Source: Longimicrobiales bacterium
GTDB lineage: Bacteria > Gemmatimonadota > Gemmatimonadetes > Longimicrobiales > Gaopeijiaceae
Assembly (NCBI GenBank): GCA_041690395.1
Contig: JAWLHJ010000003.1
Location: 352,001 to 416,000 of the forward strand
Length of the DNA stretch: 64,000 nt
Reading direction: 5' to 3'
Shown: piece by piece, positions 39,161 to 48,561 of the stretch
How the letters are laid out: each line of letters opens with the position of its first letter
Position numbering within the stretch: position 1 is the first letter of the stretch
Notes under the pieces: generated by a model
What the model saw: only the letters and a program-made list of their open reading frames with translations
Told to the model about the DNA's origin: nothing
Databases searched by the model: none
Program-made: the position numbers and the translations under genes

Positions 39161-40180
39161 CTATCGCGCATTGGCGACAGCGGGTTGTTGCATCGTGCGG
39201 CTCCGGCGGCGGGCCGGCCGGGCCTCGGGGTGTTCCGTGTGATACCAGTCGGCGAATCGCTCGAGGCCTGTCGCGAACGGGGTGGCCGGCCGGTAGCCGA
39301 ACAGTCTCTCGGCCTTGGACACGTCCGCGTACGTCCTGCGGACGTCGCCGGCCTGGTCGGGCATCTTCGAGATGTGGGGCTTGGCATCCATCGCGACGCC
39401 GACCTGGTCGATCATCTCGCGCAGGGAGATGGTGCGGGCGCCGCCGAGGTTTACGACATCGTAGATCTCCGGACTCCTGCCGAGCAGTCCGAGAGCTCCC
39501 TCGATGCCATCCAGGATGTCGTCGATATAGGTGTAGTCCCGCTCGGACCCACCGTCGCCGAACATCGGGATCGCTTCGCCCGCCGACATCATGCGGGCGA
39601 ACTTGTGGATCGCGAGATCCGGACGCTGCCGGGGCCCGTATACGGTGAAGAAGCGCAAGCAGAGAGCCCCGATGCCGAAGAGGTGCGCATGCGCATGGAC
39701 CAGGAGCTCACCGGCCCGCTTCGTCGCGGCGTAGGGGGAGATCGGCCGATCGCCGGGGTCGTCCTCGGAGAACGGAACCGACGCCGCGTCTCCGTATACG
39801 CTGGACGACGAGCCGAAGAGCAGACGACGGATGCCGCGCTCACGCATGAAGTCGAGCAACAGGATCGTGCCCCTGAGGTTCACGTCGACGTAGAGGTGAG
39901 GGTCGTCGATGGAGGGACGTACGCCCGCGCGCGCCGCGAGATGAACGACGGTGTCGATGTCCTCCGGGAGTCGCGCGTAGACCCCGGGATCGCGAATGTC
40001 GCCACGCACGTCCGTGAACGTCCCGAAGGCCCGGCACCTCGCCAGGTTCCGTTCCTTGATGGCCGGATCGTAGAAGGTGTCGTAGCTGTCGAGCGACACG
40101 ACGTGATGCCCTTTTCCGAGGAGACGCTCGCTCAGGTGGGATCCGATGAAGCCCGCGGCTCCGGTGATCAGAACCTTCAC
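39161..40180 (-). CDS. NAD-dependent epimerase (UDP-glucuronate 4-epimerase-like)
   Basis: 'TGAAGFIG', 'HLAARAGVR', 'YAATK' and 'RFFTVYGPRQRPDLA'. Confidence 0.92.
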   Translation of the reverse strand: MKVLITGAAGFIGSHLSERLLGKGHHVVSLDSYDTFYDPAIKERNLARCRAFGTFTDVRGDIRDPGVYARLPEDIDTVVHLAARAGVRPSIDDPHLYVDVNLRGTILLLDFMRERGIRRLLFGSSSSVYGDAASVPFSEDDPGDRPISPYAATKRAGELLVHAHAHLFGIGALCLRFFTVYGPRQRPDLAIHKFARMMSAGEAIPMFGDGGSERDYTYIDDILDGIEGALGLLGRSPEIYDVVNLGGARTISLREMIDQVGVAMDAKPHISKMPDQAGDVRRTYADVSKAERLFGYRPATPFATGLERFADWYHTEHPEARPARRRSRTMQQPAVANAR

Positions 40181-40303
40181 GCCCGGTCCCTCCTGTTGCT
40201 CTGCCTACGACACGATGCCGGCATTCTTCCCCCTCTGGCTGACTGGACCACCGTCTCCCCGTCGTAGACGGAGATCCGAAGCGGTGGTGGACAGCCCAAG
40301 AGT

Positions 40304-40319
40304 TGCACGGCTCGTGCCC
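40304..40319 (-). promoter_or_regulatory. sigma-54 -24/-12-like promoter of the main EPS operon
   Basis: GGGCACGAGCCGTGCA on the minus strand, about 125 nt upstream of GTG 40180. Confidence 0.6.
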
Positions 40320-40575
40320 GGGATGGACACGGGTTGGGCGTGAGACCCGTGGACGCTGGAACCGCAGACGCGAAGCCATATCGAGGCGTCCCGGAGGGCG
40401 AAAGTCCCAACCCGGAAGCAGACGGGACATGGGTAGGAACCGCGACACTGGCGCGTACTCGCGCCAACGGGAAATCAGGCTGCGGATAACAAGCGCCACG
40501 CGCCCGACCTCGGACGGTCGCGCGCGTGGCGGATAAGAACTGCGCCTGCACCGGGAGGGTGGAGGGATCCTGGGG

Positions 40576-40725
40576 CTACAGCACCTTTCGGCCCTGGAGG
40601 AGCTGAACGATGACCACGATGATCGCGATGACGAGCAGGATGTGGATCAGTCCTCCGGCGGTGTAGGATGTGGCCAGTCCGAGAGCCCAGAGGACCAGAA
40701 GGATCATGAAGATCGTCCACAACAT
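40576..40725 (-). CDS. lmo0937-family small membrane protein (49 aa)
   Basis: Not in the ORF track. MLWTIFMILLVLWALGLATSYTAGGLIHILLVIAIIVVIVQLLQGRKVL, with a GGGAGA RBS. Confidence 0.9.
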   Translation of the reverse strand: MLWTIFMILLVLWALGLATSYTAGGLIHILLVIAIIVVIVQLLQGRKVL

Positions 40726-40895
40726 GGTATGTCTCCCATCAAGGGGGGGCTGAGGCGTTCACTACCATGAGAGCAACCTTCGTGCTAGAACTCAAAACCC
40801 TATCTGACAAGGGCTTAGGTCAGACGACATACGGAGCCAACCGTCGCTCGAGGGCGACATGGGGCTCCGTCTCGACGCCTGGGACCCCGGCTCCC

Positions 40896-42413
40896 TCAGA
40901 GCTCGGGCGGCGGTGCGACCGAGCCTCCGGGGCTCCGTTCGAAGAACTCGACCCTGCCGTGGCCCTTCCGCTTCGCCTCGTACATCGCGGTGTCGGCATC
41001 GCGTATCACGTCCTCGGGCTCATGGTATCGGGCATCGCTGAGCGCGACTCCGATGCTCGACGTGACGATCAGACTGTGGCCCTGGATCTCGAAGGGCGCG
41101 GCCATGCGCTCCTGGACCCGGTCGGCGACGAGGGTGACGTCCCGAACGTCCGTCACCGCATGGAGCAGCATGACGAACTCGTCGCCACCGAACCGGGCCA
41201 ACGCGTCACCGGGCCGGATAGCGCCCTCGAGCCGGCGAGCCGCGGATGCCAGCAACTGATCGCCCAGAACATGACCGTATTCGTCGTTTACCGCCTTGAA
41301 GCCATCCATGTCCAGGAACAGGACCGCGAAGCGATAGTCCGGCCGCTCGCCGGCCCGAGCGATGGACAGTCGGATCCGCTTCTCGAGCACGTCGCGGGTC
41401 GGAAGACCGGTGAGGGCGTCCCGGTCGGCACGTCTCAATGCCTGGCGGTCGCTCCGCTCCTTCGTGATGTCCCTCTGGATGGAGACGAAGTGCTGGGCCC
41501 GCCCGTCCGACTCGACGATCGGCGACGCGTGCCACTCCATCAGGAACTCGCGCCCGTCCCTACGATAGGCGACCAACTCCGCATAGGACGCTATGCCCTT
41601 CCGGAATCTCTCGTGGATCGCCTGCAGCGCGGCCCGGCTCGTCTTGGCCCCCGCGAGGAGGCTGAAGCTCTGGCCGAGGGCCTCCATCTCGAGGTAGCCC
41701 GTCATCCGAGTGAACGCGGCGTTCACATAGAGTATGGTCGGTGCGCGACCGAGCGTCCCGGTGGTCGACACGACGATCGCGTCCCGCACATGCGCGGCTG
41801 CGGCGCCGTGGAGACGGAACTCCTCGGCCGTGGCCCGCCGCTCCCTCATCCGAGGTACGACCGCGAGGTGCGATCCACGTTTCCTCTCGAGCGAGTGCCC
41901 CCAATCCGTGGCCACATGGTCCAGAACGGTCAAAAGGTCCTCGTCGATTCCATGCGGCTCCGGGCAGAAGAATTCGAGCACGAAGCTCACGTCGCCACCC
42001 ACGGAGACCGGTACCGCGACCGCCGCTCGCACGGGCGGGTCACCCGCCAGGTCGACTCCGGTGAAGCGCCGCTGAAGCGTGAGGTCGTCCGTCCATCGTG
42101 GACCTCGGCTCATCAACGCCGAGCCGGGGAGATCGTCGCCGGGGCCGAGGGAGACGGCGACCGCGGCGTCGAAGAGCGTGGGGTGCAGCCCCGGTCGACG
42201 CTCGTGGCGAGCCGTCGTGGGCACCAGAAGGTCCCTGGCCCGATCGAAGCGATACGCATGGCCTACCGGCCATCCGGTGTACCGGCACACGGCGGCAAGA
42301 ATCCACTCGGTGGCCTGCGGCCGGTCGTCCATACCCGCCAGTCGGACGTCGTTCAGGAGGCGCACCAGCGCCGCGTGCCGCCCCCCAGCGGGATCGTTCG
42401 GCGCCTCCGACAC
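40896..42413 (-). CDS. Diguanylate cyclase (GAF-PAS-GGDEF)
   Basis: 'DALTGLP', 'DMDGFKAVNDEYGH..GD' and 'RPGDALARFGGDEF'. PAS 'YVNAAFTRMTGY'. Confidence 0.92.
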   Translation of the reverse strand: MSEAPNDPAGGRHAALVRLLNDVRLAGMDDRPQATEWILAAVCRYTGWPVGHAYRFDRARDLLVPTTARHERRPGLHPTLFDAAVAVSLGPGDDLPGSALMSRGPRWTDDLTLQRRFTGVDLAGDPPVRAAVAVPVSVGGDVSFVLEFFCPEPHGIDEDLLTVLDHVATDWGHSLERKRGSHLAVVPRMRERRATAEEFRLHGAAAAHVRDAIVVSTTGTLGRAPTILYVNAAFTRMTGYLEMEALGQSFSLLAGAKTSRAALQAIHERFRKGIASYAELVAYRRDGREFLMEWHASPIVESDGRAQHFVSIQRDITKERSDRQALRRADRDALTGLPTRDVLEKRIRLSIARAGERPDYRFAVLFLDMDGFKAVNDEYGHVLGDQLLASAARRLEGAIRPGDALARFGGDEFVMLLHAVTDVRDVTLVADRVQERMAAPFEIQGHSLIVTSSIGVALSDARYHEPEDVIRDADTAMYEAKRKGHGRVEFFERSPGGSVAPPPEL

Positions 42414-42438
42414 GAGGAATCTCCCGTTCAGCTCACGT

Positions 42439-43953
42439 TCAGTCCAGAACGTCGCCCTTGGTGAGGCCGTGGCGCTCCAGGAGGCGATACAGCGTGGCAC
42501 GATTCACCCCGGCCACGCGCGCGGCTTCCGAGACGTTTCCGCCGGTTTCCTGAAGCACCTGTGAGAGATAGTCCATCTCGAAGCGGGTCATGACCCGCTC
42601 ACGCGTCTCGTGGTAGGGTCCGGTCGGCGTGCCCGGCTCAGGTGCGTAGGGCTGGGGGCCGGAGCGAGCGAAGTGTGCCTGACCCGCGACGTGCAGATCG
42701 GATTCCTCGATCACGTCACGGTCTTCGGCGAGCACGATCGCGTGCTCGATGACGTTCTGCAGCTCCCGCACGTTCCCCTTCCACGGCCGTTGTTGGAGCT
42801 GTCGCACGGCGTCGTCCGAAAGGACCGGCGGCGGGCGGCGGGTGCCGCGGTGACGCGGCCAGTACTCGTCGAGGAAGTGCTTGGCCAACAACGGGATGTC
42901 CTCCACACGCTCGCGGAGAGGAGGGACGTGGATCGGCACCACCGCCAATCTGTAGTAGAGGTCCTCTCTGAGCCGTCCGTCATCGATGGCTTCACTCGGG
43001 TCGCCGTTCGTGGCCGCGATGAAACGGACGTTGACGACCGCATCCGTACGGGACGACCCGACGCGCCGCACGACGCCGTCCTGCACGACGCGCAGGAGCT
43101 TCGCCTGGGTCATCGGCGCGAGCTCCACGAGCTCGTCGAGGAACAGCGTGCCCCCGTTGGCTGCCTCCATAAGCCCCGCCTTGTCCCGCGTCGCACCGGT
43201 GAAGGCGCCCTTCACGTGCCCGAACATCTCCGATTCGAGTAGCGGTTCCGGAAGGGCGGCGCAGTTGAGCGCGACCATCTCCCGACTCCTGCGACGGCTC
43301 ATCTTGTGGATGAACTGCGCCACCATCTCCTTACCGGTTCCCGACTCTCCCGTGATGAACACGGACGCGTCGGTCGGCGCGACCTTTCGTGCGAGAGCCA
43401 CGACCTCCCGGAAGATCGGGGACGTACCGAGGATCATGGCGTCGTCCGCCTTCGACACGCTCTCCTCCGCCTCCTGCTCACGGGCCTCGCGCGACACGAT
43501 GACGGTATGCGCCGCGCGGCCTACCAGGATCTCGAGCTGGGGCGCGGAGAAGGGCTTGGGCAGGTAGTCCCATGCTCCCTTGCGCAGGACCTCGATGCTC
43601 GACTCGACGGACGGCCTGCCCGTGATCAGGATGACCACCACGTCGGGGCGCGCCTTGATGGCGGTGGCGAGGAGGTCCAGACCGGAAATGCCGGACATGT
43701 AGAGGTCGATCAAGGCGACGTCCACGGTCCCCTCGCGGAGGATGGCCTCGGCGTCCGGGCCCCGGCTCGCGCTCCGCACCTGGTAGCCGTTGTGCTCCAG
43801 AATGTTGACGGAACTCTCGAGGATGGTGTCCTCGTCGTCCACGACCAGAACGCTGATCGAGCCCTTTTGCTCCTCGGTGAGAGGGAGCTCGATCAGCGTC
43901 GCATCGTCGCGGCGGCTGACCAGGCGGGCTTCTGAGTCGTTCTGGTGTCTCAC
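42439..43953 (-). CDS. sigma-54-dependent response regulator (NtrC family)
   Basis: REC domain, Walker A 'GESGTGKE', intact 'GAFTGA' and Fis-type HTH 'NVSEAARVAGVNRATLYR'. Confidence 0.95.
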   Translation of the reverse strand: MRHQNDSEARLVSRRDDATLIELPLTEEQKGSISVLVVDDEDTILESSVNILEHNGYQVRSASRGPDAEAILREGTVDVALIDLYMSGISGLDLLATAIKARPDVVVILITGRPSVESSIEVLRKGAWDYLPKPFSAPQLEILVGRAAHTVIVSREAREQEAEESVSKADDAMILGTSPIFREVVALARKVAPTDASVFITGESGTGKEMVAQFIHKMSRRRSREMVALNCAALPEPLLESEMFGHVKGAFTGATRDKAGLMEAANGGTLFLDELVELAPMTQAKLLRVVQDGVVRRVGSSRTDAVVNVRFIAATNGDPSEAIDDGRLREDLYYRLAVVPIHVPPLRERVEDIPLLAKHFLDEYWPRHRGTRRPPPVLSDDAVRQLQQRPWKGNVRELQNVIEHAIVLAEDRDVIEESDLHVAGQAHFARSGPQPYAPEPGTPTGPYHETRERVMTRFEMDYLSQVLQETGGNVSEAARVAGVNRATLYRLLERHGLTKGDVLD

Positions 43954-44026
43954 TTCGGGCTCCTTGGGGATCGCCGTATCACCATACGATCGAAGTAGCG
44001 CTCCGGCCAGTCGGTTAGTAGGGTCA

Positions 44027-45139
44027 TCACCGCGCCTTGCCGCCGGAGCCCGAGAGCAGAGTCGTCGAGTCGAGCGCCGATTGCACTCGATAGGAGCTCC
44101 GGGTCACGCCGCGCCCCGCGGCACGAACGAGCGCCCCGATCTTCGAGCCACGTGACCAGGCCCGGGTATGGTCGAGCGCATTGTTGACGGCGCGGAGGGT
44201 GGCGTTGGTACTCACCGACGCCACCGACATGTCGAAGGAGCCCGACGCGGCCCTCAGCTTGTAGCGTTCCTCACCGGCACCGAGGTCGATGCGCTGGATG
44301 CCACGGTCGGCGGCCGCGCGGGCGAGCTCCATCAGGGCCAGAAGCCCGGGGGAGTAGCGCCCCAGCTCGTGGTTGTAGGCTGGAATCCAGTAGTGGAGGA
44401 CCCGCCGCGTCCGGATGCCGAAGTGGGCCGCGGCCAGCGTGTCACCGACCCAGAGCGCGGAAAGCACGCCCGCGAATCCCTCGCCATCGAGTCGGCGGAG
44501 TCGCTGGATGAAGGCGCGCGCCCATCCGAGATCCAGGATGTTCGGCGTCCCCGTGGCCTTCCGCTGGGCGGCCTTCCACGACAACAGCGTATCGAAGACG
44601 GTGTCGTCGTCCGTGTGCCACTCGAAACGCCAGGGTCCGACGTCCCGAGTCAGTCCCCGACCCTTGCGCTCGATCTGACTCATCATGCTCGACCCCGAAT
44701 CGATTCTCTGCTGTCGGTAGGCCGCGAAGCCGTCCGACAGGTCGAGCACCGGAGCCGCCACGCCGTCGCTCTGGAAGCGCTGGAAGGCCTTCATGGAAGC
44801 GGGCACTCCCGGCAGCCTGAGCGTCCGGAGGCCCGCGCCCCTGACGAGCTCCTCGGGACTCCAGGGAACGTCGGGCTTCACGAAGGCCCCGGCCACGTCA
44901 CACAGACGTGAGCCGACCGGCCCCCCGACGCCGAAACGCGATCGCTGAAACGGGAGGAACCCGACCACCTCGTCACCGCGCGTGATCACGCCGACCTCGA
45001 CGTCGTCGCGCACCAGCCCAGCCGTGCGTGCATAGGCCGGATGAAGGAAGGGTCCGCTGAGACCCTCGTCCGCGTCGTGCATCTCCTCCCAGAGCGCGAA
45101 GAGCTCCGGGGAGAGTGTGCCTACGGGCTCGGAATGCAT
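44027..45139 (-). CDS. GNAT-fold protein, CelD/BcsL-like
   Basis: 'PFLHP', 'YSPGLL.L' and 'IDLGAGEERYK'. Confidence 0.85.
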   Translation of the reverse strand: MHSEPVGTLSPELFALWEEMHDADEGLSGPFLHPAYARTAGLVRDDVEVGVITRGDEVVGFLPFQRSRFGVGGPVGSRLCDVAGAFVKPDVPWSPEELVRGAGLRTLRLPGVPASMKAFQRFQSDGVAAPVLDLSDGFAAYRQQRIDSGSSMMSQIERKGRGLTRDVGPWRFEWHTDDDTVFDTLLSWKAAQRKATGTPNILDLGWARAFIQRLRRLDGEGFAGVLSALWVGDTLAAAHFGIRTRRVLHYWIPAYNHELGRYSPGLLALMELARAAADRGIQRIDLGAGEERYKLRAASGSFDMSVASVSTNATLRAVNNALDHTRAWSRGSKIGALVRAAGRGVTRSSYRVQSALDSTTLLSGSGGKAR

Positions 45140-45167
45140 GCCGCTCGCTCCAGGATCGGGATCAGAA

Positions 45168-46415
45168 TCAGTAACCGAAGTGCAGCCATCCTTCGCCCTC
45201 CAACCGACTGAGGAAGACGTTCGATGTGGCGAACGCGTGCTCGACGCGCCGGTTCGACGTCTGCAGGAGCATCCAGGTACGACCGGGACGGATGCGGCAT
45301 GAAGTAGTCTTGAACGCTGAGCTCCAGGCCGGATCGGACTGGCCGGTCACCGCGACGTTCCCCTCGCTCAGGGCGTCCGCGAACAGGTGTTTCAGAACCC
45401 GTTCCTGCGCCTCCGGCGCGGCCCCCAGCTGCAGTACGCGGCCGACGCCTCCGGTGCGCGAGTAGTACACGTACCAGCCCACGATCTCGCCCGACGCCCG
45501 GACGGCGGCGACCCTGAGGCTCTGTTCACGCCGGGTCCTGCGCAGGACCTCGAGTAGCCAGGCGAAGGTTTCCTCCGTATAGACCGGCCTGAGCGACAGA
45601 TGCTCCGTGAGTCGGCCCATGATCTGGACGAGCGCTCTCGCGTCCAGGGGCTCGGGCCGGTCGGCGGAAGCACTTCGGGTCCGTGAGATCGACAGCGCCC
45701 GTGCGATCGAGCCGGGTAGGGCCGAAAGACCGGCCAGGGCACGGTGGACGGCGTGAGGGGCCTTCCACCCCGTCAGCACCTCGTCGATGAGGTGGACACC
45801 GAGTCCGACTGGGCGGAGGACTCGGAACCACCGATTCGAACGGGACAGCAGCGTCCTGGCACCGAGCGCCTCGGAGATCTTGCGAGCCGTGGCGTTTCCG
45901 TCCGCCAGCGTCAAGTCGGGTGCTCCGGACATCAACGCGCGCATAAGTTGGATGGCCGCGAGGCCGTCGCGCTGGCCGGGAGCAACGATGAAGTTGTGCG
46001 AGACGACGGCGCGGATCGGCTCGCCGCCCAGAACCATGGGCCTCGGCATCGACCCCAGGCATCCTACGAGGTCGCCTGTCTTGCTGACGTATGCCCAGGA
46101 CGGAAGCGAGTCGTCGAGCCACGGATGGCCGAAGAAGACATCGCTCAGGAAGGTTCGCAGCTCCTCGCGGGGCGCACCCTCTCCGAAGCCCTGGCGATGC
46201 AACTCGACCACCTGGTCCATGTCGTCGGGTGTGAGCGGCCTGACGTGGGCCTTCGCGACGGCACTCCGGCGGTTTGCTCCCCCAGGGAGGGCGCTGTCGA
46301 TGGTTGGACGTAACAGGTGCGAACTCCTTCGAGGGGCGTAGGCGCGGACGGGACCGGACAACAGTATTGAGCGCAAGCTCCGTACCGCCCGCTCGTTGGC
46401 CGGAAATGCTCTCAC
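45168..46415 (-). CDS. Tandem GNAT-fold protein (start uncertain)
   Basis: 'VRPLTPDDM..V..L', 'HNFIVAP.QR' and 'GWYVYY'. The true start is probably downstream of 46360. Confidence 0.7.
   Translation of the reverse strand: MRAFPANERAVRSLRSILLSGPVRAYAPRRSSHLLRPTIDSALPGGANRRSAVAKAHVRPLTPDDMDQVVELHRQGFGEGAPREELRTFLSDVFFGHPWLDDSLPSWAYVSKTGDLVGCLGSMPRPMVLGGEPIRAVVSHNFIVAPGQRDGLAAIQLMRALMSGAPDLTLADGNATARKISEALGARTLLSRSNRWFRVLRPVGLGVHLIDEVLTGWKAPHAVHRALAGLSALPGSIARALSISRTRSASADRPEPLDARALVQIMGRLTEHLSLRPVYTEETFAWLLEVLRRTRREQSLRVAAVRASGEIVGWYVYYSRTGGVGRVLQLGAAPEAQERVLKHLFADALSEGNVAVTGQSDPAWSSAFKTTSCRIRPGRTWMLLQTSNRRVEHAFATSNVFLSRLEGEGWLHFGY
46372..46387 (-). promoter_or_regulatory. sigma-54 -24/-12-like promoter (GNAT-GNAT-ntrC-DGC unit)
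   Basis: CGGTACGGAGCTTGCG on the minus strand. Confidence 0.58.
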
Positions 46416-46565
46416 GCCATTGGCTTATCACCCCGAGAACCCCCGCGGATAGTGTCTCGCATACGCGTCACCCGCCAGGGACCGTCGCTCGCCTGCGGCA
46501 CCTGACAACCCTTGTAACACGCCGTCAACCACGCACACGCACCCTCGCCGGAAGTCGTTCCCCGG

Positions 46566-46581
46566 TGGCCCGGATCGTGCA
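46566..46581 (+). promoter_or_regulatory. sigma-54 -24/-12-like promoter (adenylation-gvp unit)
   Basis: TGGCCCGGATCGTGCA, about 46 nt upstream of ATG 46628. Confidence 0.6.
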
Positions 46582-46627
46582 CCCATAGGCCTGGTGGACC
46601 ACGCGCTTATCGCATTCGGAGTCGGGC

Positions 46628-48283
46628 ATGACTTTCATAGAAGGTGGAGACTACGGGACCGGTCTTCTGCACGACTGCGTGAGCGAGGTCGCTCGCTCGC
46701 GCCCCGACGCGCGCGCCGTGATCGGCGAGGACCGCACCTTCACTTACGCCGACCTCGACGACTATTCGAATCGCGTCGCATCGGTGCTTCGGGCCCACGG
46801 GTGCGAGCGAGGGCATAGGGTCGCGCTCCTCATGCCCAACTCGGCTCGTGCGGTCGCGACGCTCGTCGGCGTGCTCAAAGCCGGGTGCGCGTACGTTCCT
46901 CTCGACCCGGCCGGTGGCATGAGCCGGATCGGGGACATGCTTCGCCAATGCGAGCCGAAGGTTCTGCTCGCCAACGGCTGCAGACCGGAGGTCGTGGCGG
47001 ACCTCGATACCCGAGGTGTGGTGACGGGCTGGCTCGGACCCGACCCGGCCCCACCGCGGACGGACTTCACTCTGGCCGACATCCGCGCCACGGCGCCGCA
47101 TCCGCCCGAGAGTGACGTGGGCCCGGACGATCTCGCGTATATCCTGTTCACCTCGGGAACGACGGGCTCGCCCAAGGGCGTTCCCATTCTGCACGGAAGC
47201 GCGCGGGCGTTCACCGACTGGGCCACCAGGCAGTTCGAGTTGGGTCCCGACGACAGGATTTCGGGGCACACCGCCCTGACGTTCGACCTGTCGATCTTCG
47301 ACATCTTCGTGTCCTTCCGAGCCGGAGCGGAGCTCCATCTGGTGCCGAAGCGGGTCCGCTTGCTTCCCCACGAAGTCGCTCGCTTCATCGAGGAGCGGAA
47401 GCTCACGCTCTGGTTCTCGGTACCGTCGCAACTGGCGTACGTGGCCCGTTTCGACGCCCTGGGGAAGGAGGACCTCGGCTCGCTCCGCCATGTGGCCTGG
47501 TGCGGCGACGTCCTCACCACTCCGAGCCTTCTCTACTGGAAGCGGAGGTTGCCCGGCGTCACGTTCACGAACCTCTACGGGCCGACTGAAACCACGGTCG
47601 CGAGCAGCTACTACGTGGTTCCAGAGAGCTTCGACGACCCGACGGCCACCATTCCCATCGGCACGGCATGCGCCGGGGAGGAGTTGCTGGTGCTCGACGA
47701 GCGCCTCGCGTCCGTCCCGGAGGGATCGGTCGGCGACATCTACATCGGCGGGGTCGGCCTCAGCCCGGGATACTGGAGGGACCCCGCGCGCACTGGAGAG
47801 GCCTTCATTCAGGATCCCAGGTCGCCCAACGGACCGGAGCGACTCTACCGCACCGGCGACCGCGGCAGGCTCGGGCCCGGCGGCACGGTGGATTTCCTAG
47901 GTCGGGCCGACTTCCAGATCAAGACCGCGGGGTACCGGGTCGAGCCCGCCGAGGTCGAGGGCGCCGTCCTGGCGCTGCCGGAGGTGGCGGCTTGCGTGGT
48001 CGTCGCCGTGACGGTGGACGACTTCAGCGGAAGCGCCGTCGGATGCGCGTACGTTCCGTCACCCGGAACGGCCCCGCGCGCCGGTGAGATGAAGAAGCGC
48101 CTGGGCGACACCCTCCCCGCCTTCATGGTGCCCTCGAGATGGCTCGCCCTCGACGAGCTCCCTCTCGACGGCCGTGGCAAGATCGATCGCGTTCGGGCCA
48201 GGTCGCTCCTGGAAGCCCCGCCGGACCCGGCCGACGGGTCGACCGGCGGCCACCGTCCACTCGACCAGCTTCAGCGCATATGA
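46628..48283 (+). CDS. Stand-alone amino acid adenylation enzyme (DltA-like)
   Basis: 'AYILFTSGTTGSPKGV', 'FDLSIFD', 'WCGD', 'NLYGPTETTVA', 'LYRTGD' and 'GKIDR'. Confidence 0.92.
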   Translation: MTFIEGGDYGTGLLHDCVSEVARSRPDARAVIGEDRTFTYADLDDYSNRVASVLRAHGCERGHRVALLMPNSARAVATLVGVLKAGCAYVPLDPAGGMSRIGDMLRQCEPKVLLANGCRPEVVADLDTRGVVTGWLGPDPAPPRTDFTLADIRATAPHPPESDVGPDDLAYILFTSGTTGSPKGVPILHGSARAFTDWATRQFELGPDDRISGHTALTFDLSIFDIFVSFRAGAELHLVPKRVRLLPHEVARFIEERKLTLWFSVPSQLAYVARFDALGKEDLGSLRHVAWCGDVLTTPSLLYWKRRLPGVTFTNLYGPTETTVASSYYVVPESFDDPTATIPIGTACAGEELLVLDERLASVPEGSVGDIYIGGVGLSPGYWRDPARTGEAFIQDPRSPNGPERLYRTGDRGRLGPGGTVDFLGRADFQIKTAGYRVEPAEVEGAVLALPEVAACVVVAVTVDDFSGSAVGCAYVPSPGTAPRAGEMKKRLGDTLPAFMVPSRWLALDELPLDGRGKIDRVRARSLLEAPPDPADGSTGGHRPLDQLQRI

Positions 48284-48561
48284 TCACCCCATCGCAAGAA
48301 CGCCGCGCTCCTCCGCAGCACGCGGGGGTGGAGGCGACCGTCCACCGGATCTTCCGCGACAGCCTCGAGCTCGACGTGGAGGTGGATACGGACGTGATCT
48401 CCGGCGGTATGCTCGACTCGTTGGCGTTCGTTCAACTCCTGCTCGCGCTCGAGGAGGAGTTCGGGGTCAAGGTCGACCTTTCGGACCTCGAGCTCGAGGA
48501 CTTCAGCTCCGTGGCCAATGTCGCTCGCCTGGTGACGGCCAGCGCGGAGGGGGCGGCATGA
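48280..48561 (+). CDS. Carrier protein (ACP/DltC-like)
   Basis: Ppant site 'GMLDSLAFVQLLLALEEEFG'. ATGA overlap with the A-domain stop. Confidence 0.9.
   Translation: MITPSQERRAPPQHAGVEATVHRIFRDSLELDVEVDTDVISGGMLDSLAFVQLLLALEEEFGVKVDLSDLELEDFSSVANVARLVTASAEGAA

Noticed and set aside
46628..48561. NRPS secondary-metabolite cluster
   Set aside because: No condensation, thioesterase or KS domains. The similarity is to DltA/DltC-type stand-alone proteins.
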